Shown one piece after another: positions 27,353 through 37,000 of a stretch of 64,000 nucleotides of DNA. Made by a program: the position numbers and the translations under genes. Position 1 is the first letter of the stretch. Every line of letters starts with the position of its first letter. Origin of the DNA: Candidatus Aenigmatarchaeota archaeon (lineage in GTDB: Archaea; Aenigmatarchaeota; Aenigmatarchaeia; GW2011-AR5); the NCBI GenBank assembly GCA_016187335.1, contig JACPJW010000002.1:32510-96509 (forward strand), written 5' to 3'. The notes beneath the pieces were generated by a model. That model was given only the letters and a program-made list of their open reading frames with translations, was not told the origin of the DNA and ran no database searches.

Positions 27353-27357
27353 CTTGA

Positions 27358-28998
27358 TTACCTCGTTGACGTCACGTTGACTATGTCAGTCGCGACCTTG
27401 GGGTCCTCCGTTGAGACGACAATGCTGTAAGACCCGGCAGGGCTCGGCGCGGGGAAGCTGAATGAATAGAAGCCTGTCGCATCCGTTGCCGTCGTGTCGC
27501 TGCGCACGATTTTGTTTGAAGCATCCCTGACCTCTATTGTCACATCCTTGCTTTCAAAGCCGCCGCAGTTCGTTAGCCTGCATCTGTAGTGGCTGACATT
27601 CTGCTCGACAGCGTATCCGCGGCACAAAGGCGTCGCTGCTATCGCCGTGGTCCCTTCGTTCCTGCCGCATATGCTGTTGCACCCGTCGGGAACGTAAACC
27701 TGCTGGCTGCGCTGCATGAGTTGTATCGCAACCTGCCCTATGTTCTTGCCGAACACGGATTCTAGTTTTGCCAGAACAGATGTTGTTGTAGCTGCAGCTT
27801 TACCTGCCTGTGTTGTTCCTTCCAATCCTTTCTTTACAGATTGGAAAGCGCCGAAAACAGAAACAGCCAGCAGGACAAGGCCGATAATCTGGAACCAGTT
27901 CCAGCTGCACGATGCGCCCTGCTGCATGATTACCTTGTCGCCTGTGTTGCAGGAATTGTAGACAACGCATGTCCTGAGAAAGCCCTGCTCAACGCGGCAG
28001 TTTTTCTGGTACTGGAACCTGCATGTGTAGGAAACCCCGTTGCAGGCATCCGAGAACTTCGCGACTTCGCCGCTCACTGTCACGGACGCCCCGACAGGAA
28101 CAGCTGCAGCGGATATTGTCGCGTTGATGCTCACCTTTGTCGGCAGGGAGCAGTCAACATCGTTGGCGGCAAATGTTTTCGGGTTTTTTATCTGCTCGGG
28201 ATCGTCAACAAGACCCGCTGTTCCTGGTATTGATGTCGTCCCGACGCTGTAAGTCCTTGATTGCGTTATTGTGTTTATAGCTGCCAGGGTTCCCTGGGGG
28301 TTTACGCCCACGCAATAGCATCGCTGCGCCTTGCCGTCAGGGGACAGCGGGCATTTCACGGTTGTCAGCGCCGTGGCAACAACCGTCCCGCCGGCGGTGC
28401 TTGGCGGCGTCTCGGCGCACCCTCCGCCCGTTGCGACGGTATTGCTGCCGATGTTCCTGCCGTTGCACTGCCTGGCGCATTCGTCAGAAGAAATTTCCTC
28501 GACGGTGTAGGATGTGCTGCTGATTTTCTTTACATCCCACCGGCTCTTGTCGTATTTTGCAGCCAGGCTCGCAAGCTCGCTTGCACACGCGCTTTCCGAA
28601 ATGAAATGGTCGTCAGAAAATGTCGCAGGAACGTCGGCTTCTGAGATTATTCTTCGCGTCCCGGAACCGCAGTTGTATTGCTTGCAGTAAATTTCCGCTT
28701 TCTGCCTGTCAGCGAACGCGTCGTTTATGCACAAATAATAGTTCGCGCAACTGCTGTCCTCGTAAATGCCGCCGCCGCAGGTAAAACCTTCGGCTGGTTC
28801 CTCACCTGCCGGAATGCATTGGTATTTGTTCCTGTCTTTCGGGTCAGAGCAATACTTGTGCCTCTCGGTGCTTGCCCATGCCAGCCCTGCTGATTCAGAA
28901 GAAAATCCGTTCACTGACAAAGAAAAAATATGGCTGTACGGCACGGCAATCGTGGCTATGAGCCATATGACAGCCAAGGCTATTATTTTTCTGTTCAT
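27358..28998 (-). CDS. Cys-rich secreted protein with internal hydrophobic segment
   Basis: Signal peptide MNRKIIALAVIWLIA; internal WNWFQIIGLVLLAVSVFGAF; Ig-like C-terminus. Confidence 0.82.
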   Translation of the reverse strand: MNRKIIALAVIWLIATIAVPYSHIFSLSVNGFSSESAGLAWASTERHKYCSDPKDRNKYQCIPAGEEPAEGFTCGGGIYEDSSCANYYLCINDAFADRQKAEIYCKQYNCGSGTRRIISEADVPATFSDDHFISESACASELASLAAKYDKSRWDVKKISSTSYTVEEISSDECARQCNGRNIGSNTVATGGGCAETPPSTAGGTVVATALTTVKCPLSPDGKAQRCYCVGVNPQGTLAAINTITQSRTYSVGTTSIPGTAGLVDDPEQIKNPKTFAANDVDCSLPTKVSINATISAAAVPVGASVTVSGEVAKFSDACNGVSYTCRFQYQKNCRVEQGFLRTCVVYNSCNTGDKVIMQQGASCSWNWFQIIGLVLLAVSVFGAFQSVKKGLEGTTQAGKAAATTTSVLAKLESVFGKNIGQVAIQLMQRSQQVYVPDGCNSICGRNEGTTAIAATPLCRGYAVEQNVSHYRCRLTNCGGFESKDVTIEVRDASNKIVRSDTTATDATGFYSFSFPAPSPAGSYSIVVSTEDPKVATDIVNVTSTR

Positions 28999-29100
28999 CC
29001 GTATCTAAGAGAAATATATTTTCCGCTCAATATAAAGGTTAACATCAATCAAGAAGTAAAGCAGGGATAAATTGGCAAAAACGAAACGCCATAAAAGCAA

Positions 29101-29196
29101 TCATTCCCATTTTTTAACGCGTCCGTCCTTAATGTCCTCGAGCCCCTTGAATATCTTAATAAGAAGCTCGCTGTCAACTTCATATATTTTTGACAT
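29101..29196 (-). CDS. 31-aa small protein (MSKIYEVDSELLIKIFKGLEDIKDGRVKKWE)
   Basis: ATG overlaps metG stop (TAATG), AGGTGA SD upstream, TGA 29101-29103; missed by ORF track. Confidence 0.6.
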   Translation of the reverse strand: MSKIYEVDSELLIKIFKGLEDIKDGRVKKWE

Positions 29197-31124
29197 TATC
29201 TCACCTTCAGCCCGTCTTTTACTTTCTTCTCAGGCGTGAGCAGCGTCCCGTCGTCGCATGCCAGAAGCATTCCTTCACTGGTTTCGCCGCGCAGCTTCGC
29301 GGGCTCTAAGTTGGCTAAAATAACTACCTGCTTTCCCATTAACTGCTTTTTATCATAAATCCCTTTCAGGCCCGCGACCAATTGCCGCACCTCGCCGCCG
29401 ATGTCCACTTTCAGCAGCAGCAGTTTGTCAGCATTAGGATGGTCCTTGACGTCCACAACCGTACCTGTCCTTATGTCAAGCCGCTGGAAATCCTCGAGTT
29501 TCACGTATTTCCCTCCTGTCAAGGCGGAACCTCTTTCCGGTTTCTCTGCCTGAACTGGAACTTCCTTTTCTTTCTTCCTTAATTCTTCTTCGTCAATTTT
29601 TTTAAAGAGCATGACAGCGGAAATTTTTGTTCCCGTCTTCAGCGCAAAGGAATCAGCGTCTTTCCATCTGCCTGGCGTTGTTCCCAGTGCACGCAATGCT
29701 TTCGCCGATGCATCGGGTATGTAAGGAGAAAGCAGCAGCGTTATTGTCCGCAGCGCATTGAGCGACGTGTAAATGCACGAAGCCGCGTCCTTCCTGTCAG
29801 CCGCCCAGGGCTTCTTTTTCTGGAAATACTTGTTCGTTTCCGAGGCAAGATTCAGAATATCTTTCAAAGCCAAGTCTATGCGATAATTTTCCATGTGTTC
29901 TTCGGCGCTCTTCTTGGTTTTCTTCATTAGCGAAGCAATATACCTTTCGTCATTGCCCATTTTTCCTTTGGGTATCTTTCCATCAAAGTTCTGCACAGCG
30001 AAATGCGTCGCGCGGTAAAACAGGTTGCCGTAGTTAGCAATTAACTCGTTGTTGACGCGGTCAACCAAAGCCTCCTCGGAGAAGTCGCCGTCCTCGCCGA
30101 AAGGAATCTCCCTTGCAAGGAAGAACCGCAGGTAATCCGAGGAATATTTCTTTTTGATGTGCACTGGATCAATGACAGTGCCGCGGCTCTTTGACATCTT
30201 CTCGCCGCCGACGTTCACGAAGCCGTGGACAAGCACGGTCTTGGGCAGGGAAATGCCGGCAGAAAGCAGGATGGAACCCCATATCACCGTGTGGTGCCAG
30301 ACGATGTCCTTGCCTATGACATGAACAGCGGGCCAGTATTTCCTGTATGCTCTAGCAGGATAGCCTATGCTTGACAAATAATTCACGAGCGCGTCCATCC
30401 ATACGTACATAACATGTTTGCTGTTGTCCGGCAATGGTATGCCCCATTTGAACGTCTTGCGCGAAATGCTCAGGTCGTGCAGCGGCTCTTCTAACCGGGA
30501 AAGGATTTCGTTCCTCCTGCTTTCCGGGATGATGAACGATTTGTTCTTTTTTATGTGAGCGATAAGAGCCTTTTGATACCTGCCCATCCTGAAGAAATAG
30601 CTTTCTTCTTCTACAATTTCCAGGGGCTTTTTATGCGTAGGGCATATGCCATCAGGCGCTTCGCTGTCCGTGTAGAACGTCTCGCACTCAACGCAGTATT
30701 TCCCCGTGTATGTTCCTTTGTAGATATCCCCGCGCTTTTTCACGGCATTGTAAACAGCCAGCACCGCTTTCTCGTGCCGCTGCTCCGTTGTCCGGATGAA
30801 GTCGTCGTATGATATGTCCAGCGCCTTGCACAGCCCGCGGAAATGCTCCTGCATCTCGTCAACAAACTGCCCCGGGCTTTTCCCTGCCTCTTCCGCTTTC
30901 CTCTGCATCTTGATGCCGTGCTCGTCCGTGCCCGTGGAGAAATGAACATCGTAGCCCTGCAGACGCTTGAAGCGCGCGATGACGTCCGTAGATATCTTCT
31001 CGTAAGCGTGACCCAGATGCGGCTTGCTTGAGGGATAATCAATTGCCGTGGAAATGAAGAATGTTTCTTTGAATTCAGACACCTCTCTAATATCATCCGA
31101 AGGTAAATTTAATAAATGTTGCAT
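29196..31124 (-). CDS. metG: Methionyl-tRNA synthetase with C-terminal OB-fold (Trbp111-like) domain
   Basis: TAIDYPSSKPHLGHAY, GTDEHG, YVWMDAL, KMSKSRG, C-terminal HPNADKL..SEGMLLA. Confidence 0.97.
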   Translation of the reverse strand: MQHLLNLPSDDIREVSEFKETFFISTAIDYPSSKPHLGHAYEKISTDVIARFKRLQGYDVHFSTGTDEHGIKMQRKAEEAGKSPGQFVDEMQEHFRGLCKALDISYDDFIRTTEQRHEKAVLAVYNAVKKRGDIYKGTYTGKYCVECETFYTDSEAPDGICPTHKKPLEIVEEESYFFRMGRYQKALIAHIKKNKSFIIPESRRNEILSRLEEPLHDLSISRKTFKWGIPLPDNSKHVMYVWMDALVNYLSSIGYPARAYRKYWPAVHVIGKDIVWHHTVIWGSILLSAGISLPKTVLVHGFVNVGGEKMSKSRGTVIDPVHIKKKYSSDYLRFFLAREIPFGEDGDFSEEALVDRVNNELIANYGNLFYRATHFAVQNFDGKIPKGKMGNDERYIASLMKKTKKSAEEHMENYRIDLALKDILNLASETNKYFQKKKPWAADRKDAASCIYTSLNALRTITLLLSPYIPDASAKALRALGTTPGRWKDADSFALKTGTKISAVMLFKKIDEEELRKKEKEVPVQAEKPERGSALTGGKYVKLEDFQRLDIRTGTVVDVKDHPNADKLLLLKVDIGGEVRQLVAGLKGIYDKKQLMGKQVVILANLEPAKLRGETSEGMLLACDDGTLLTPEKKVKDGLKVR

Positions 31125-31180
31125 TATACTGCTTTGATTTTTAGGACGATGAAAAGAAATGCATGGTCAACCTAACACAA

Positions 31181-31444
31181 CTACGAGCCCTTCATTATCT
31201 TTTCTTCTATCTCCTTTTTGAACTTCCAGTTGAGGTACCACTGATAATCGTGATGGGTAGGGAATTTGACTAGAAAGCCTTTCTTTCTTAGATCGTCTGC
31301 GATTTCCAGCACGCGCTTCCTTAGATGAGGCGGAAACCCTTTCGGAAGATTCCTTTCAGAAGTATGCCTCGTGCCCCAACAGCCCATGGTATAAAGCTTT
31401 TTCAGCAGGATCCGTTCAATCTCTTTATCGTCTTTAATTTCCAT
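31181..31444 (-). CDS. Small basic hypothetical protein (possibly winged-helix)
   Basis: 87-aa ORF, divergent from a wHTH gene. Confidence 0.6.
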   Translation of the reverse strand: MEIKDDKEIERILLKKLYTMGCWGTRHTSERNLPKGFPPHLRKRVLEIADDLRKKGFLVKFPTHHDYQWYLNWKFKKEIEEKIMKGS

Positions 31445-31541
31445 GAAATCACTATTGTATATTTTTTATACATTTAATGCTTAATTATTTAAGTCTATCT
31501 TTTGCATAGAATCTATATACGAAATTATAGTATAATAAAAA

Positions 31542-31883
31542 GTGAGAAATATGGAAGCAAAAAACTCTGTATTCGTAGAGACGTTTGGAGAAACGCCTGC
31601 TGTAAAGGTATTGGATTTCTTTCTGACATTTGACAGCTTCGACTACTCAAAAAGCCAGGTTTCGGAAGAAACCGGTGTGTCCAGAATTACACTTGACAAG
31701 ATATGGAAAGAGCTTGTAAGCCAGAAAACTATAGTCAAGACGAGAACTATAGGCAGGGCAGACATGTACAGGCTGAATAATGAAAACCCTAAGGTTAAGG
31801 TTCTTCAGGAACTCAGCTTCAAGTTAGCTTCGGCATTTGCAGAAGAAGAAATTGGAAGTATCAAAAAGAAATTAGAAGCGTAG
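31542..31883 (+). CDS. Winged-HTH protein
   Basis: VKVLDFFL..YSKSQVSEETGVSRITL..W..L..IVKTRTIGRADMYRLN. Confidence 0.8.
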   Translation: MRNMEAKNSVFVETFGETPAVKVLDFFLTFDSFDYSKSQVSEETGVSRITLDKIWKELVSQKTIVKTRTIGRADMYRLNNENPKVKVLQELSFKLASAFAEEEIGSIKKKLEA

Positions 31884-31913
31884 AAATTTCTAAAAAATAA
31901 ATGAGGCTGTGTC

Positions 31914-32483
31914 ATGCCAAAAAAAGTATTTCTAGTGCACAGATGGGAAGGCTCGCCGGAAAAGGACTGGATGCCTTGGCTGAAAAGAGAACTGGAGAAA
32001 AAAGGGTTCAGGGTGTTTGCTCCTTTGATGCCGGATGCCGCAAATCCTGAAATGGATTCATGGCTGAACCACCTGCTGCACATTACAAAAATCGCCGGGG
32101 ATCCCAACAAGGATTGGTTTTTTGTCGGGCACAGCCTCGGCTGCATAACAATTCTAAGATACATTGAAACGCTAAAAGAAAACCAGAAAATAGGCGGCGC
32201 TGTGCTGGTAGCAGGATTCGCGGATGACTTGGAAATTCCCGAGTTAAGCGATTTCTATAAAGAACCTGTTGATTGGCAAAAAATAAAATCGCACTGCAGA
32301 AATTTTATTGCTGTTAATTCCGACAACGACCCGTATGTTCCGCTGAAACACGGCTATGCCTTTAAAGAGAAATTGGGCGCAGAGCTTGTTGTGATGCATA
32401 AGCACGGGCATTTCAGCGGTTCCGAGGGCTTTGTTGAACTGCCTGTCGCGCTTGAAGCTGTGCTGAAGATGGCGGAAGAATAA
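31914..32483 (+). CDS. RBBP9/YdeN-family alpha/beta hydrolase
   Basis: VHRWEGS, GHSLGC nucleophile elbow, SDNDPYVP, HGHF. Confidence 0.92.
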   Translation: MPKKVFLVHRWEGSPEKDWMPWLKRELEKKGFRVFAPLMPDAANPEMDSWLNHLLHITKIAGDPNKDWFFVGHSLGCITILRYIETLKENQKIGGAVLVAGFADDLEIPELSDFYKEPVDWQKIKSHCRNFIAVNSDNDPYVPLKHGYAFKEKLGAELVVMHKHGHFSGSEGFVELPVALEAVLKMAEE

Positions 32484-32571
32484 TTTCTTGTTTGATTTTG
32501 CTAAGTTGAAACAGCAAATTCTTCGCCCACAATTCTTGAAAGAAACAGAAATCCGCTTTCCGCTTTAATTC

Positions 32572-34053
32572 TTACTTCTTGCCGTAGCTGTAAGGCTTCT
32601 TCTCTATGAAGTTCCTGTATATGTAATAGCCGCCGCCCACGACGACAACTATGCCGACAAGCCATATCAGCATGTCAACAATGCTGGAGGGAAGCTGGAA
32701 TCCGCCTGTCTGGTTTCCTGTCGCGTTCTGTTGCTGCTGCGCCGCTTGCTGCGCTGCCTGATCTGCTGCCGCCTGCGCTTCTGCTGTTTTCTCGCCGCTT
32801 ATCGCGAACGTGCTCAGGCCAGGTAATGAAGCCGAGTAGTAAACATAAGTCTCGTCATCGGTCAGCTTTGTCGTGTCCATCTTGTCCCATTGCGCTGTAT
32901 ATCTGTACAATGCCACGGTGCTGTCGTTGATGCCGTTCGCGGTTACCCAGCTTTTTTCAACCCTGAATTCGAGCTTTGCTGATTTTACGTTGGCATCGGT
33001 AAGGTTCTCCTTTGAAATGGTCAGGTACTGGAATACGTTTCCCGGCGCGGTATTGCCCGAAGGCGCGGACGATTTTTCAATGATTATTTTCACGTTGTTT
33101 GCAGTCACGCCGACAGAAACTTCTATTTTTCTTACGTTGGTTTCCGTCGCCGTCAGATCTGTTGATGACGTCGAGCCGCCGGATATCGAAGTTATCGTTA
33201 TGGCTGCCTTCCCCGTGCTGTATATTTTTGTCGTTGATGGAGCAACTCCGCTGCCGCTGCTGCTGCTTGATGATGAGGAAGATGAGCTGCTGCCTGTGCC
33301 GCACGTGCTGTTTCCTGTCACGCTCACGGACGCGACGCCCGTGCTGCCGCCGAGGTCAAATGTTACGGTCTTGGTTCCCGTGAAGCATGTGGTATGCGCA
33401 ATGGTGATAGAAAGCGTTTTCGTGCTTGACCCACTAACGGTTGTTCCTGAAGACGTTAGAACGTCTCCGCTGCTCCTTGTCAGTTCCGTAGGAAGGTTAA
33501 CGGCATAAGACGTTGAGACGTCGCTGGACTGGGGATTCTGTATATTTACGGTAAGCGAGAAAGTCTGGCCCTGCGTGACCGAAGCCGAGGAAGGCGTTGC
33601 CGTTACCGTAAGGTCCGAAGGCGATATGAATTCCAGAATTGCTGATGATGAATCAACAGAGCCGTCGGGTGTTGTTCCGCGCGCATAATAAGTATAAGTC
33701 CCCGACGTTCCGGCGGTCACCGTGAATGATTTCGTAGAGCCTGCCGAAAATCCGCTGTACTGGCCCGAAGCAGGGTCGTTTACCGTAAGGGACGGTGACG
33801 AAACAAGGGAAAGCGTGCTGACCGTGCACGAGCTTCCGGAAGTCGGGACGTTTATTGTCACGCCAGTTCCCGTCGTCGCGCGCGATGCAGACGCTGAAGG
33901 CGCCGACACTGTAAGGCACTGCGCCCCGAATGCAAGGGATGAAAGCAGCGTGACGCTTAAAATCGAAACGGCAAAGATTGCCAAAGCAGAAACATAATTC
34001 ATTTCATTCACAATTTTTGTCCTTGTTTTCTGATTCATTTTTCTTGTCCTCAC
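32572..34053 (-). CDS. PGF-pre-PGF domain cell-surface protein
   Basis: VFQYLTI, F.VEKSWV..NGI, V.LYRY, Y.ASLPGLSTFAI; Ser-rich linker; C-terminal TM. Confidence 0.85.
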   Translation of the reverse strand: MRTRKMNQKTRTKIVNEMNYVSALAIFAVSILSVTLLSSLAFGAQCLTVSAPSASASRATTGTGVTINVPTSGSSCTVSTLSLVSSPSLTVNDPASGQYSGFSAGSTKSFTVTAGTSGTYTYYARGTTPDGSVDSSSAILEFISPSDLTVTATPSSASVTQGQTFSLTVNIQNPQSSDVSTSYAVNLPTELTRSSGDVLTSSGTTVSGSSTKTLSITIAHTTCFTGTKTVTFDLGGSTGVASVSVTGNSTCGTGSSSSSSSSSSSSGSGVAPSTTKIYSTGKAAITITSISGGSTSSTDLTATETNVRKIEVSVGVTANNVKIIIEKSSAPSGNTAPGNVFQYLTISKENLTDANVKSAKLEFRVEKSWVTANGINDSTVALYRYTAQWDKMDTTKLTDDETYVYYSASLPGLSTFAISGEKTAEAQAAADQAAQQAAQQQQNATGNQTGGFQLPSSIVDMLIWLVGIVVVVGGGYYIYRNFIEKKPYSYGKK

Positions 34054-34086
34054 TTTCTTTCTATTTGATTCGTTTCCAATGGATTC

Positions 34087-37000
34087 TTATGGCGCAGGAC
34101 CGCCGCCCCCTCCGCCACCGCTTCCGAACGAGCATCCCTGGCAGACGAAGACATTGCCAAGGAATGCCTGCTCCGTGGAGCCGCCGGATGTTATGGCGCC
34201 CTTTATCTCGTTAGGCATGCCTGACCTCCATCCGCCTGTTCTTGTGACATTGAACGCCGCGCAGCCGCTCGGTCCCGTGAGCACGCTGAGCGTGACGCTG
34301 TTCGTGAACGGGTCAAACATCGTAAGGTTCTCCGTAGTCGGCGGTCCGTTGAAGCTGAAGCTCTGCGTTGTCACGTTGGTCACGTTCGCGCCTATGAGCG
34401 GCGTTTCGGGCCTTGAATACGTGAAAGCGCACGCCCTGACCGTGATATTTCTTGAGTCAGTCGCCGAGTTGCTTGCTATGACCGTTGTAGGAGAGCCCTC
34501 GTTGCGCTTTCCTAAAATGATTTTCATGACAGTGCTGTTAACGGTCTGGTTGCCGTCTACCTTGTACGCGTCCTGAGGGGAGAAAGCTATCTGCGCCGTC
34601 CAGTTGCCGAATGCCGGCGGAGATCCTACATCTACCATTGTATTGTTCGTGTTCAGGTGCGAGTCATCATCTATGACAAGCTCGGTGAGATGACCACCCG
34701 CTATGGGCGTGAGAGGCCCCCCGAAGGCGTAGCCACCGGCCTGCGTCGCGTTTCTCAATGCAAAGTAATAAAATTCGCTGCTGGAGCTGCTGTTTACAAT
34801 ATCTCCTTGCGTTGACTCGTTCCATGTACCGAGGTAGAAGGTCTCCCCGGTGATTGTCGCGTTGTAAGTTGCGTTATTTGCTGTTCTCGTAAGCGTGATT
34901 ACATGAGGAGCGTAGCCGGATGTTCCGCTGTCTAAATCAGTTCTAAAGGCCTTCACCTCAATAGGCACGCCTTCCGAGAAGTCAGCGATATCTGAATCGC
35001 TGCCGTCCGTGAAGTTCCACATTATGCTGTAAAGCCCGCTTTTGCTGACGTTCAGTTGCAGGAACGCCACGCCGTTGGCATCCGTCGTTGCCGCTGTCTT
35101 TGTGAAATTGCTTGCAGGCAGGAAGTCCTTGAAGCCGAAGCCGCCCCTTCCGCCGCCGAAGTCCTCCTGCTGTATCATCTGGAAAACGTCCATTATCACG
35201 CTGGGCTTTGCCGCTGTTCCCTGCTTCACGACGAAAGGTATCGTTGCTATCGTGTTCACGGCATGCTGGCCGCCGAAGCCCGAGCCGCGGTCGCTCTCGG
35301 TTATCGTGCTGTTAAGCAGCTTTACGTAGCCGCACTCTTCCACTTTTACAAGATAAAGTCCGCCGAAGCCCGCTGATGCAAGGGAGCGGTTGTTCGCGTT
35401 TACAACAGCTATGCGGTTGCTGTTGTTTATAACAAGGGTGTCGTAAACGCCTGCTGTTGCATTGTCCAAAGCAACCAAAGTCGTAGTGGCATTATAGGTT
35501 ATGCGCTGGTCGCCTCCCATACCGAAGCGCGTCACGTTGAAACTATTGATTACGCATACGCGCCCGGATTTTGAAGTCGTACTCTTAAAACTGGCATTTA
35601 TCGCTGTTAAGACTACCTTGTGGTTGTTGTAGAAGTTTGTAACATTGGTGGCGTCACTCCCGTCGGCTTCCACTCCGAAGTTCGACATCAGCGCGCCTTC
35701 CGTGTCCGGCACTGCTATTGACAGCTTTGAAGCCGTGCCAAACATCATGACGTCAACGGATTCGTTGAGGTAGTTGTGAACCTTGATGATTATCATGTTG
35801 AAGCCCTTCCTGAGGTTTGACGGAACAGTGAATGTGACGTTCCACCGCTCGAAATCGTTCCAGCCTATGTGAGCGGAATTGTTCCATCCGTCCGATTTCT
35901 TGCTGTAATTGGTAATAGTTGCGTCCTGGATAGAGCCTTCCCAAGGCAGCCCTACCTGCACCGTGAAGTTCAGCAGGCTTGTCGTAACGTTCGTCCTTGC
36001 CATGATGTTGTACGTCACTGCCTGCCCTGCCGTAAGCGCCTGCTGCGGGTTTCCGGACTGGAAATCAGGGAACGCGTCAAATGCCACTACCATGAAGCCG
36101 CCGAAACTTGTATCGCATACGTCATCAGCGGCGTTAGTGTTGTTGTTATCGTCGCACACGCGTATAATCAGGTTATTGAATCCGTTGAACCACTTGCCGC
36201 CTAGGCTTGAAAATGCCGTTGCTGAAAGGTTGAAGTTCACTACGCCGTTCGTGATGTTGTAGGTTGTTACAAGCCCCGGCACGAATTTCGGCCCTCTGGA
36301 AGGGTCGAAACTCTCAAGCCGCACTATGCTGACCGTGCCGTTCACCGTGCTGTTCCTTGTGTTCAGATTCTTCACACCGCTTATCGTTATATTCAGCAGG
36401 GAAGTCGGCGCGACGAAAGATCCTCCCGTGCCCGTGGAACCGACAGCTGCTATCTGCGGGAAGAACGACAGCTGCCTGCACTCAAACCCTCCAGGCAGCG
36501 TATCATATTTGCCGTCAGCCGTCGTGATGTTGACAAGCATGAAATGGAATCCGGACAGCGAGCCTGAAAAGTTCAGCGTCATGTTGCCGACGCCGTTGCT
36601 GTCCGTAGCCGCTGATGATGCTAATGCCACTGAGCTTGCGACGCTTCTTCCCGTCAGTTCCTCGCGCACTTCCTGTATCGAGTTGAACACAACATTTCTT
36701 GCCGCCCCTCGAGTGCGTACATCAAAGATGCGGGCTGAAAAGTTCTGCAGGCCGCTGCACCGGAAATTGCCGCCTTCAAAATTGCCGCCTGGGCTTTCTC
36801 CGGGACCTCCTCCAGGTCCTGCGTCAAACCCGCCGCCGAAGCTGTCAGGAAACACGAAGCCTTCCACGTAGCGCGCAAAATAAAATGCAGTTCCCCTGAT
36901 GATGGTTGAATTGGCAACTGTCGCCTGGAACTCTATCTGGAACGGTCCTGTCCTGTTCTCGGGCAGTTTGAGTTTGAGTTTAGGGTTTGCTGTCGCTGTG

